Assembly (NCBI RefSeq): GCF_009914755.1
Contig: NC_060937.1
DNA: 64,000 nucleotides
Source: the human T2T-CHM13v2.0 reference genome, Homo sapiens
Direction: 5' to 3' (one strand)
The translations under genes were made by a program, and so were the position numbers. The notes below the pieces were generated by a model that searched no databases, had not been told where the DNA came from, and saw nothing but the letters and a program-made list of their open reading frames with translations. Shown here one piece after another: positions 20,658-62,051 of this stretch (position 1 is its first letter; every line of letters begins with the position of its first letter).

Positions 20658-23448
20658 TCTCCCTCTCTTTCATCAGTGCAGAGCATATCCAGTCTTTTCA
20701 CAAAGCAAAACAAAAATCCCAAGTGCCACAGCCAGTCAAATCAAAAGAGATCTGCATTTGTTATTAGGATAATTCCTAAAGGGTCTCGGGATATTATAGA
20801 GCCCAAGATTTGAAAAAGAAAAAAAAATGCATCTGCTAGTTCAAGGAAAATAATGATAAATTATTTTAAAATTACATGAAAATAATTTATATAAAATAAA
20901 TTAAAATAATTGAAAAGCATATATAATATTGAAATAGGAAGTCGGTAAGAAAAATAAACAGTGCTTAAGTCTCTGAAGAGGTCAGTCAAAGCCTTCAAAG
21001 CTCTCACCTAGAAGAAACACTTCTTTTATGAAAGTTCAGACAAAGCCACAAGATGACCAGCTAAACTCACACATTGGGTTAAGAGAAGAGGCAACAGGAG
21101 CACATTTCAAAGGGCTTATTCAGTGACGTTGTTTCACCAAGGACCCTATACTTGTGAAAAATAAAATAAAATAAAGTTTTCCAATCATTCTGTAAAACCA
21201 CAAGAAATTTCTCTGAATAAGGAATTGTTTCCTTGAGAAAGAACAGACAGAATAGAGATGTAAAGAACCTAAAAAGAAAAAAAAAATCCCTGTTGAAGCA
21301 CATAATGCAAATCTATTAAAATATTTTAGAATTCAGTTCCCCACTTCCATTTTTTCCTCCCTCCTTTGGTAAGCATAAAAACAAACATGGTTGCTGGTGA
21401 TATGCAGAGCTGGAATCAGATTCATCTTGCTCTCTCAAACTCAACGTCAAAAAGGAAAACAAAGGTCCTCTAAGACTCCCTTTACATTTGGTAGTTAATA
21501 GTAACTTATAACTATGTTTTTAACTTTCTTTTGTTGAGTCATGGACTCTCCTCCTCCCTGGCTCCTAAGTTTTCAGGGTCAACGGGCAACCTTTTCTAAA
21601 TCACAAGACTGGATTTGCTATGTTTGGTCTTGCTCCAGCGTCTTTATTATCCCTGCTGTTGTGCACTACACAGTTCTGTAGACACATGAGATAAAATGGA
21701 GAAAAAAAACCAGGAGATTATTCCCAGACCGGTTGCCAACTGATTTTAAACTGTTGCTCACTGCAAGTACACAAAATAATGAATGGTCTTTTATTCATGA
21801 GTCTTTCAAAATAGAAATCCTGGGGCGGGGAGGATTTCTAGTTTTGTCAACCTCATTTGTTCATCCTTTGCCTCAGCTTCCTAGTCTGTTCAGTAGTGTT
21901 GTTCACGAAGAATTTTGTTTTATTTTCTTCTGTAATTCCTTTTTTCCCCCCGGAGTATAATGACAGCCAGATTCTTCTCTATCATCTACTGCAAAATGCC
22001 TTGAGTATTTTTCTACCATCTTATTTTAACACAGAACGAAGTAGGAAGGATGTACATATAATTATTTATAATCCTCCAGATCTTGCTTCCAGAAATACTT
22101 AGTCTTCAACTGTAATGTCTCAGGGAACCTATTAAACTAGGGAGCTGGAAGCAGTCGTTGACTTTGAGGAATTAGATAACATTAGATACTATGAAAGTCC
22201 AGTCCATAGAGTCAACCTCACAGAGCCGATGCCTGCACAAGGGCGACCCAGGAGTTTAAATAAGTTGCTGCAAGTATGGTTAGCTACTGTTAAAACTCAC
22301 CAGAACTGGAACCTAACTCATCCTCCTCTTGGTTGAGCAGATTTCATTTTGACAGGAATTTCTGAATACCCAAAGCAAACTCAAAGTCTGGCCTGGGTTT
22401 CTATCTCAGCCCAGGATGCTTCTGAAATACATGAACAGAAGGATTTGGAGATCTTGGGCTGTTTCCCTGGGACTTATGATCTGACATTCTATGGAAATAC
22501 CCAACTCCCTCCTTGAGCAGGGCCAAATCCCCAAAGATCTCAGACTGAACCCACTTTTTTCAGGGTTGGCCCAAGGCAGAGCTGACACAGCTGTAACATT
22601 CTAGAGCACACCCACAACTCTGGATGAACCAGGACAGAATGGGGTGGAAGGATACAAGATAACACATTTGTCCAAGGGGGCCGTCTGTTGACACAGTAAT
22701 GAACGCAGTAACGACGGGAGCCAGTATTCTACCTCGCATTAGTTGTAAATGAAACGTCTTCAAAACATGAGAATTTTGCGTTATCCTTAATTATTTTTTC
22801 ATTTTGCAGAAAAATAAAGGGACTCGTCATCGAGTACTTTGAGTCACAAATCAGCCAAGTGTGCATGTGGTTTTTTTCCAAGTACGCACAAGAGTGGAAC
22901 ATTTCGTTTTACGAGTGTGAGATGTTTGAAATACAAATCTGCCAAGAGCTTCCTCCACATTGGTCTGGGACTAGGCAGAACAGGCCCTGACCTCCTGAGA
23001 GAGGGAAGGAAGACCAGGCAGGTCTGAGCCAGGTAAACGCCCTTGGGTGAGGTCCGTGAAAGATAAAGTCAGATCTCAAGGACAGAGAGCTTTAAACATG
23101 TTTGTGCTCCACTGAGTCGGTTACCTAATAAGTGAGAAAATGAAGATGTGGATGCACAAAAATTCCATGGCCTTTAGGCTCGCGGTGGGGACAGGGTACA
23201 GGGAAGCGGCGGTCTGGTGCTGCCAAAGGTTAGTCCCTTGTACCCGGCGAACTCAGGAAAGTTCACTCGATTTCGCTACAAACCTGCAGCACTCGGCCTG
23301 GAGGTAACCTGGTTGGGAGCGAATTCAGAACTGGAAATTCCAGGCGGCCCAGAGGGACACCCATCCCTCTCCGAGGCGCGCCGGGATCCGGCGCCCAGCT
23401 GCGGGGCGAGGGCAGGGTCCCGCGCAGCACCCCACCCCCGGCCGCTGG

Positions 23449-23473
23449 CCCCGCCCCCGCCCCCGCCCCGCCT
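23449..23473 (-). promoter_or_regulatory. Tandem GC boxes (Sp/KLF sites) and potential G-quadruplex
   Basis: CCCCGCCCCCGCCCCCGCCCCGCC on + strand gives four G4-5 runs with 1-nt loops on - strand. Confidence 0.75.
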
Positions 23474-23519
23474 CCCAGGGGATGTGCGAGCAGTCTCCGC
23501 CCTCGCGCGGGAGCTGGGA

Positions 23520-23694
23520 GGCTGCGAGATCCCTACCGCAGTAGCCGCCTCTGCCGCCGCGGAGCTTCCCGAACCTCTTCAGCCGCCCGGAGCCGCTCCC
23601 GGAGCCCGGCCGTAGAGGCTGCAATCGCAGCCGGGAGCCCGCAGCCCGCGCCCCGAGCCCGCCGCCGCCCTTCGAGGGCGCCCCAGGCCGCGCC
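23520..23694 (+). other. ITM2B: ITM2B 5' UTR (start approximate)
   Basis: GC-rich, ATG-free stretch between the GC boxes and the start codon. The exact TSS cannot be read from sequence. Confidence 0.65.
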
Positions 23695-51556
<27,862 letters not shown>

Positions 51557-52430
51557 ACAGTCAAGAAAAACATTATTGAGGAAAATTAATATCACAGCAT
51601 AACCCCACCCTTTACATTTTGTGCAGTGATTATTTTTTAAAGTCTTCTTTCATGTAAGTAGCAAACAGGGCTTTACTATCTTTTCATCTCATTAATTCAA
51701 TTAAAACCATTACCTTAAAATTTTTTTCTTTCGAAGTGTGGTGTCTTTTATATTTGAATTAGTAACTGTATGAAGTCATAGATAATAGTACATGTCACCT
51801 TAGGTAGTAGGAAGAATTACAATTTCTTTAAATCATTTATCTGGATTTTTATGTTTTATTAGCATTTTCAAGAAGACGGATTATCTAGAGAATAATCATA
51901 TATATGCATACGTAAAAATGGACCACAGTGACTTATTTGTAGTTGTTAGTTGCCCTGCTACCTAGTTTGTTAGTGCATTTGAGCACACATTTTAATTTTC
52001 CTCTAATTAAAATGTGCAGTATTTTCAGTGTCAAATATATTTAACTATTTAGAGAATGATTTCCACCTTTATGTTTTAATATCCTAGGCATCTGCTGTAA
52101 TAATATTTTAGAAAATGTTTGGAATTTAAGAAATAACTTGTGTTACTAATTTGTATAACCCATATCTGTGCAATGGAATATAAATATCACAAAGTTGTTT
52201 AACTAGACTGCGTGTTGTTTTTCCCGTATAATAAAACCAAAGAATAGTTTGGTTCTTCAAATCTTAAGAGAATCCACATAAAAGAAGAAACTATTTTTTA
52301 AAAATTCACTTCTATATATACAATGAGTAAAATCACAGATTTTTTCTTTAAATAAAAATAAGTCATTTTAATAACTAAACCAGATTCTTTGTGGATACTA
52401 TTAAAGTAACATTTAAGCCTCAACCTTGAA
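51557..52430 (+). other. ITM2B: ITM2B proximal 3' UTR (AU-rich, several poly(A) signals)
   Basis: Repeat-free AU-rich sequence after the stop. ATTAAA at 51700, 52006 and 52400, AATAAA at 52230 and 52351. Confidence 0.8.
52230..52405 (+). terminator. ITM2B: Proximal polyadenylation signal cluster
   Basis: AATAAA 52230-52235 and 52351-52356, ATTAAA 52400-52405 followed by GT/T-rich sequence (tgatgttgttt). Confidence 0.7.
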
Positions 52431-53909
52431 TGATGTTGTTTAATATAAAATGCTTTTATTTTTGATGGAAAGGCAATCAAAGCCTAAAGTTTCCAAGGAA
52501 CGTAAAATAACTGTGCTTCTCTGAGAATGCCCGCCTCACAAGTGGAACATTTTGAGTTAATAATGATGATTTTTATGTTTCTAAGGTTGCTTCCTCTCTG
52601 AAATAATTCAGAATCCACCCCCATTTAATAAAATACCTATGATTCATTTCACCTCAAGTTCCTAAGACAAAAAATTTCAATTCTGACTTTAGGAGGTCAG
52701 AGTTTTTAAAGCTTCCAACTCTTAAAGGATTTAGTCTAGAAACCAATTCTAATTCAAAAGGATATTATTTACTCATGGCTTTTCATTTCATTTCAGTAAT
52801 ATTGTCAGAACTTTAAGTCAGTGAGTTGGGTATTCAGGAATTAACAATTTTAGAAGACAATATGTTTCAATAAAATGAGAATTGGTTTTTCCTACTTTCC
52901 AGGCTCTAAAATTACATGAATTTTCAGGGAGCTGTGAACATTTAGGAGCACATTATTCATTCAGCATCTTTTATATGCCCAACATATGATATTGTGTTGA
53001 AGATATATCTGCAAAGAAGAAAAAAAGCCACTGCCGTCGTGGAGACTCACAATCTAGGAAAAGAGAGGGACAGCAAACAACTCATTACAATACATTGGGA
53101 TCAGTAGTGTGAGGGAGAAAAACAGGTCTAGGTTCTTTGGAAAACATTTAGGAGAGTCAATGAGACTTTCAGAATGTGAAGTGCATGGGATTAGGTCATG
53201 GAAGAAGACCATGTATGTCATCTTGAGGACTTCATTCTGTAGACCATGGGCCACTATTGAAGTTTTGCATTTTGGAAGGAGCTTATTAGTTTGTTTTCCT
53301 GTTGATTATAGTAGTAATGCAGTATCAGGGTAGCTGAACTGCAATAATAATCCCAACATCTCACTGGCTTCATGCAGTAGGAATATGCTTTCATCACAGT
53401 CCAGTATGGCAGGCAACCTCCAGACTCCCAGGGACCCAAACTTACACTTTACTAAATGTAATTCTTTCATTTGAATTTTTAAAGGTTTTTGTATAATCAT
53501 CTTAGTAAAACATTTGATAATTCTTCACAACATTTGCAATCATTGATTTGGCCAGATTGGTCTAACATGGTACCCATGATTTTACTTCATTTCCAGTACT
53601 ATTCTGATAATTTCCTTTAGAGTCAATTGAGTAGAGAGTACCCCTCTCACCTAAGCTTAGTCATGTCCCAGGAATTTTGGAACTCCAACTGAGATTTCAG
53701 GCTCATTATTCATTCTAGGGCTGAATGAATAATGTGCCCTTTGAACCCTTGTGCCATGCTGGAAACTGTGGTCTTGGTGTGGCATGGAAAAACCAGAGGG
53801 TGAGGGATGTGGATGAGAAGATGACAGAGAATCAGACATGCAGAGAGGACTGCCAGGTCTCCCAGTGGGTTCCAGGGAGACTCAGCTATCCTTCCCTCTT
53901 CTTGAGTTC

Positions 53910-54255
53910 TGTCTTAGTCCATTCGGGCTACTATAACAAAATACCATAGACTGAGTGGCTTTAAACAACAGAAGCTTGTTTCTCACAGTTCCAGAAGCTG
54001 GAAAGTTCAAGATCAAGTCACCTGCAGATTCAGTGTCTGATGAGGTCCTCCTTCCTCACAGAAAGCTCTCTTCTCTCTGTGACCTTATATCACAGATGAC
54101 TCTGGGTTCCTCTTACAAGGACACTAGTTCCATTCATGGGGGTTCCACTCTCATGACCTAACACCTCTCAAAGGCCCCATTTCCTAATACTGTCACCTTG
54201 GGGGTAAGGATTTCAACATGAATTCTGGGGGGACACAAACATTCAAACCATAGCA
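53910..54255 (-). mobile_element. MLT1A-like solo LTR
   Basis: tgtcttagtccattcgggctactataacaaaataccatagactg...ggacacaaacattcaaaccatagca, 5-bp TSD agttc. Confidence 0.9.
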
Positions 54256-55619
54256 AGTTCCATAATGCACCCCATCATATGTGTGTGTGTGTGTATTTAT
54301 TTATTTATCTAAGATAGCTCTAGTTTGCTGCTTTGCAACACATTCTGCCCCTATTGCATTGGTTTAAAAAAAAAGTACAGAAGTCAAGATGAGACTATAT
54401 AAATCTTGACAAGTTGTTGGCCGTGATTGCTCTTTTGTGATGCAGGAGTGAGAATCTGGAGAATCTGGCTTAAGAGGTGGCTGAGAATTAAAATAATAGG
54501 CATGAAAATGCTTCATACAGCTCTGTACAGTTGTTGACAGTGCCTTTTTTGAAACCTATCACTGCTATATGTTAGCAAGCAAACACTGATCTTGTTTTGT
54601 AATGTGTAATTGTTCACTTCTGCTTTCCCTGTATCCCTTTTTAGATTCCACACCCATATTAGTGAGAAGCAAGAAAAAAAAATGTACACAGTGTCCTAAA
54701 TGTTGTTTATCTCGAATAATAGAAGTAGGAGTGTAAAACTTAAAGGCTGATTAATAATGCAAATGAAAAGGCAAATGGATTATTGAATAGAAAAGGTCTA
54801 GATTCTATGTTTGAATGTGGTTATGAATTAATATTGGCAGAATCTCTAAGATTCTGCTAAGTGAACATTTAGTAGTTTACTAGACATCTTCTCTTCCACC
54901 TAGCAAAGAGTTTGTTGCCCAGAGTTATATAAATCCTACTCTATTGCACACTAATCTTTGCATGTTTAACTCTTTGGGACTTAGGTTCCTAGATAAGGAC
55001 TTCATGTGTATCTATTTAGAAAAAGAACATTTCTTCATTTCCACAAAGCTACACAGCCATCAGTTCGTTCAATATCTTGTCCAAAGTTATTGCTAGCGTT
55101 CTTCTTTCTGAGTCTTTGTGGCTAATGCTTTTTTGAGGAAGAAGCATGATTTAGTCTCAGCTCTCTATTGATCATTTTAGGCTTTTATCTTACTGAAAAA
55201 ATTAAGCACAATTTAAGATTTTTTTTGAAATATTTACTGAATTTTGAGGCCATAAATTATTTCCTGATAGCACACATGTATGGGTTGTAGATTCCACACT
55301 TTTAATCTTCCAGCCACCTATTGCAGATTGGTTCTGAGAAGCAGGATGAGTGGGAGTGGGCTTAGGGGTCAAAATTGAGACCTAAGTGGTATAAAACAAG
55401 ATAATCCTAGCTTCCTCCCACTTAAAATAATTTGATGGGACTTCTGTATCTGATTTTTAAGCTTGCATTTGTGTTTATATTTTCATTGTAAAAATATCAA
55501 ATAATACAGTTTTTGAAGGTAAAAAGTAAATGTTCCCGCCCTTCTACCATCCTCCTTCCTCAGTCCCATTCCCCAACAGTTTAACGTGCGATACAATAAT
55601 GTGTGACACAAAATGACCT

Positions 55620-56885
55620 AGTTCTTGCCCTAGTGACTAAGCAGATGCAAACGCCTTCTTCTTTCCAAACAGTGTGGTCTTATCCCCGTCGCAAATGGAG
55701 GATATTTAAGAAACCCAAGCCAGAAACCCCACAGTCTTCACAGTCACTGTGTCCTCCACCTCCTAGCAGCTTCCTGCTGTTCTGCTCTAGTGGTTCTCTC
55801 TGCTTCCCCACACCCACCCGTAAGCCACAACAATCTTTCCAAAACACGAACTTGATGGTTTCATTGTCACACCCCAGCTTAAAACACTTTCCTGGCTTCC
55901 CCTGGTTCTTAGGATAAAGACCAAAATACTTAATGCTGCACAGTCCAGTCCCAACCCACTCTCCAGCTTCATCTTAATCACACCCCTCTTTGCTCCTAGT
56001 GTCCTACCACATTGCCTGACTTACTGTTTCTTGGTAAATGCTATTCTTACTTCCTGAAGATTATTTCCATCTCCTCACCCGACACCCTTCAGTTAGCTTC
56101 CACTCAACCTTCAGAATTTAGTTCAGGTGACCCTTCCTCAAGAGAAGATTTTCCTGAACCATTAGGAAAGGCTTCTCTTGTTTCTCAGTCTCATAGCATC
56201 ATCTGTCTCTTTTTTGTGACTTGAATATAATTAATATTTTATATTTTGTCCTTGTTGCTTGTTTGGTTAATAGATTTCCACCACTAGACTGCTCAATACG
56301 TTAGTAGGGCACCTGACACATAGTTGCAGCTCTTATTTATTGAATGAATGAATGATTCCTTCCCGTACCACCCTAGTCTTGCCCACTGTCATTTTTATTC
56401 TGGGTATTATATTTCCCAACCAGTTGTCTGACTTTCTCCTCAGATCTCATCCCCATGGGTCTGAGTGAGTTGCCTTGAATATAAGATTCAGTGATGGTGT
56501 CCTGCTGCACTTAAGAGAAAATCCTTTTTTCAAGCCCTAAAATCCTGCCCTCACTAGACTTCTCTCACCATTTCTCTGTTTGCATCCTAGCCTTTTAGTT
56601 TTGGCCTCATATAAGCTTGCAGCCCTGCCTGAAACAGTTGTCTCTGTCCCCACTCTACCCCCTGCCCTCCACAAAGAAAAGTTAACTCTTACTCATCTTT
56701 CAGATCTCAGACTAAAAGTTTCCTCAGAGATGCCACCATAGCTCTCTATTTCTCATACCTTTCATGATACTTCATCACCTGTCTTCATGAAGTCCTCCTC
56801 TAGACTATTAGCAAAATGCTCATACTGTGTCCTCAGTATTTGGCACATAATAGGTTTTCTTGACACTGAAGGAAGGAATAAACAT
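55620..56885 (+). mobile_element. L2 fragments
   Basis: cctgacacatagttg...ttgaatgaatgaatga and ttggcacataatagg L2 termini. Confidence 0.7.
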
Positions 56886-57293
56886 CTGGTAACTATAGCT
56901 AGAAAAAAAGGAAATACGGTATCTACTTCACTAAAACCAAAGGGGGTTTTTTTGGGCAGACAATCTTCATTATTCAGATGGAAATTAATGTTTGTTGAAT
57001 GAATGAGCTACATTTCATGGATTAACTCCATGAAATGGAGTTCAGCTAGTAAGGGTTATACTTTGAGGCTATTTCATCTTGATGGGCTTGTTGTTCAAAG
57101 TTAGAGCCTCATTTTAAGTAAAATGTTCTGTGGGGGCCATATTAAGATTTTCATATGACAGAAGTGTATATATATCCACAAATGTTTCAAGCCAAGATTA
57201 TGTCTTCTTCCATAATGCCACCTTCTTCTAGGATAGTATTTTTGGGCCAGATGGTTTTCCACATTTAAAACATACCAACATTCTTTTAAGGCC

Positions 57294-57490
57294 CAGTGAT
57301 TATCAAAAGGGATTGGCACTACATTTTAAAATGTAGGGGGGATTTTTGATTGTCACAGGACTAGAGGATGCCATTTGTATTTAGTAGATGAGGCCAGGCA
57401 GGATGCTAAATGTCTTAAAAGTCCGGGAGTCCTGCACAAAAAATTACTGCCCTTCTTGATTTGCCAATTATGCCCCTGCTGGGAAGCATG
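57294..57490. mobile_element. MER20-like hAT MITE
   Basis: atttttgattgtcac...tagtagatgaggccagg...gatgctaaatgtctta. Confidence 0.65.
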
Positions 57491-58229
57491 AAAGGAGAGA
57501 GAAGAGCTTTCAGAATGTCAGGGATAAATATATCCATTAAGCCTTCAGACTAAGATGCAGGAATAGTTTTCCATTTGGGTATGAATACGGCAAGTTCTTA
57601 GAACATTTCTTAAAACATAATTAGCCAAATACTAGTGTAACAGCTACAACTTATCTAGTTTTAATCAACTCCAGGGAACATTACACTTTATTTAACCCCT
57701 AATTATCTGATAACCCAAGTTCTGTCAGAAACACTGCTGAGGCATCCAGGAAGATGAGCCTGTGAAATTTGAGAATCCTTCATGTCTCTGGAATGAGTCC
57801 CTAGATTCTAGCCCTGCAGCTAGCTGACACTCTAAAAAATTATGAGTGCCTTCCTTTAGCTCCCCATAGAAATGTCTTTGTATAACCATGGCATGATATT
57901 ATTCTCTTGACTTTTGTTGAGGATTGATAGAAATAAAAATGAGCCAGAAATGTTTCTTCAGCTTTTGTAAAGTGCTGTTAAAAGCATTATGTCATATCTA
58001 GTACTTCTTATCTAAGTATTTTAAAATTTAGTGTTAGGAAAATTTTTTTCACATAGGATACATGTTAATATTAGGTAGTACATCTAAAGAATTCATTTGC
58101 TTCCCTTTTGCCTTGGTTGCTGGGAAACTCAGAGCCAAACTCGGTGCTTAGATTAATTACTTTCAGCCTAGGTTTTTCTGTATATCACCCTTTCGGTAGG
58201 GCTTGAAGTAACCCTTCAGTTTGCTCATA

Positions 58230-59070
<841 letters not shown>

Positions 59071-59289
59071 ATGTTTTAAAAAGTGTTTGTTTAATGATTT
59101 CATTGCAAAATCATCTTTATTGTAAACATATCTTTTTGAGGGTAGATTGGTAAAATATACATAATAAATACATGACAATGCAGGAGTCCAAGTATTATTA
59201 GGTTTACAGTCATAACAAACACCAAGAACCATTTATAAATTTCAGTTTCTCATTGTTTTAGAATGGAAGGTCTAACCAAATATGTAATG

Positions 59290-60790
59290 TATCCCTTCAA
59301 GTAAACTAGTATAACTTGGGTACCTTCTCATATAAATTCCCCTTAAGGCATACGTTGCTGTCTTTTCCAAATTCCCATTTTGCTTGTCCAATAGGCATTA
59401 TCAGATACAACATGTTCAAAGGCAAACTTGATTTTCCTCCCATGGTTTCCTCATCTCAGCTCCTTTTTTTTTCCAGTTGCACAGGCTAAAAATAGGAAGT
59501 CATTCTAGATTCCTCTCTTTTTCATAAACCTCACATCAAATCCATCAGCCAATCTGGTGTGCTCTACCTTCAAGATACGGATTATCCAGAATTCAGCCGC
59601 TTCTCACTGTCTCTACTGCTAACATAGTAGTCAAAGCTGCTATCATCTCTTGCTTGGATTGGTGCAATGGCCTCACAACTGCTCTTCCTGCTTCCATACT
59701 TGACCCCTAGAGCCTCTTCTAAACAGAGTAGCTAGAGCGATCTTTTCTAAATCTAAGCCACATCATGTCACTCCCCTGCTCAAATCCCAACATTTTATTC
59801 AGAATAAAAGTCGAACAATGCCCTACCTGTAGGTAATCTAGGCCTCCAAAGCTCTTCTTACATCACCTCCTGTAACTCTCCCCCTTTCTCACTCCTCTAC
59901 AGCCACACAGCTGCCTCACTTTCCTTTGAACGTACCAAGGGCAATCCTGCTTCAGAGCCTTTGCACTTGCTGTTTCTGGGCCAGGAATTCCACACCCTCC
60001 TTCCCTCACATGTATCCCAAGGCTCACTGCCTTCCTTCAGTTAAGTCTGCTGGAATGTCACTTCATTAGGTATTGCCTGATCACCTTTTCTAAAGTGAGT
60101 CTCACCTCCACCCTCAATGCTGGCAATGTCTGTCTGTAGTGTATTCTTAACAATACAGATTAGCACAATGCAGGCCAGACCATGAAGACTGTTTCAAGTT
60201 CGAGGATGGGCAAAAATAATGACTAGGACTTGGCTCAAGATTCCTCAAACAGCCAATAAACAATGCAAAGAATAAATGAGAGAGTAATTGGAGACAAGCT
60301 TTCCCTTGGCTTCCCTTCTTTTCTCACAGAGGCTTTTCCAGAAGGTGGTCATTTCCATAGCCCATGTGGAATGAGATGTCCACTAGGGCAGAGAAGCACA
60401 GAACCGTGGGCACTGCTTCCCTTCCTTTAACCCTATCATATTGCTGCCCAGTGAGCAATATGGTCATTGGTCAAGAAGGCTTATGCCCAGGTATCCCTGT
60501 GGCTATGAGCATTGCTCCTTATCTATGCCTCTGCTCTTAGACTTTTCCATTCTGCCCTCTTAGGGGCCTTCCTGGCCATGACCACACTACCTTATTTTTC
60601 TCTATAGTACTTATCACCATCTGACATGTATTTATGTTTGTATTTGTTTATTGTCTGTCTCTACAAATAAAATGTAAATTCCCTAAAAACAGAGACTTTA
60701 TTATTTTTGTTCATGTTACATCCTCAGCACCTAGTAAAGCACCTGGCACGTATTAGGAACTCACTAAATATTTACTGAATGAACTTTGTT
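59290..60790 (+). mobile_element. L2a 3' region interrupted by a probable LTR (~60135-60585)
   Basis: acatcaaatccatcagccaatc, catgtcactcccctgctcaaa, cagagcctttgcacttgctgttt and acctggcacgtattaggaactcactaaatatttactgaatgaa. The insert has TG...CA ends but I could not name its family. Confidence 0.8.
60666..60671 (+). terminator. Candidate distal poly(A) signal within an L2 3' end
   Basis: AATAAA followed about 25-40 nt later by T-rich ctttattatttttgttc. Confidence 0.4.
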
Positions 60791-61325
60791 CAATAAATTT
60801 AACATGGTTCTATGTAGCCTCCTTTTTAAAAATTGGCTCTGTTATATAGACTTCAGGGGCAACTGATAACAAACAAAACCAAACTTGGCTTTTTTCCCTT
60901 TTTTTTTTCTTTAATTGTAGTTTCAGAATTTCATCTGGGAGTGGGAATGGCCACAGGAATGCAAGTTCTGTACACCTCAGATTTGGTGCTAGTGATGTTG
61001 CCATGTTAAGAAAGTGAGCTGGGCCTTGTGCCTTCAGTAGACAGAATCAAAATCTATTACTTTATTTTAATACCCGAAGTTCAAATTACCTCTTAGGTAG
61101 GGATCCCTTAAATGTGATAGTGCTGAATCACAATGGAGGAAAAAAATGGCAAAGAGTATATTGAAATTCAGACTGATTCACAGGTAAAAGGCCTCTTGGA
61201 GACAACACTCTGAGAAAGGGACTGCTTTTTTAAAAAATCTGCATGTTTTGGGGTCGAATGGGTTTGGATAGTAGAGACACAAAATGGAAATGGTAGCTGC
61301 TTCTCATTGATTCATTTTAATGTAA

Positions 61326-61632
<307 letters not shown>

Positions 61633-61642
61633 AAATTTTTAA

Positions 61643-61810
<168 letters not shown>

Positions 61811-62051
61811 TAATTTTGTCAAGTATCTAGTGTAATTCTATTTTTTGGAAGTCAACATTGTCATTATAGTGAAATACTTGCTACAACATGACCCAGAAAT
61901 TCAAATTTCCTGGTAGCTGATTAGTAACATATAGTGAGCACCCATATGTGCAGATTACAGCACTAAACTCTGCCCTAAAGGAGGTTACAGGTCTTATCTG
62001 CCTGGGAGTATTGGTTGAAAGGAGAATAATGAACTTGGCTATCTTTCTCTG

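Noticed and set aside
21535-22846. AP-1 motifs TGAGTCA at 21535 and 22840 upstream of the promoter
   Set aside because: 7-mers like this occur by chance several times in 64 kb, so function cannot be supported from sequence alone
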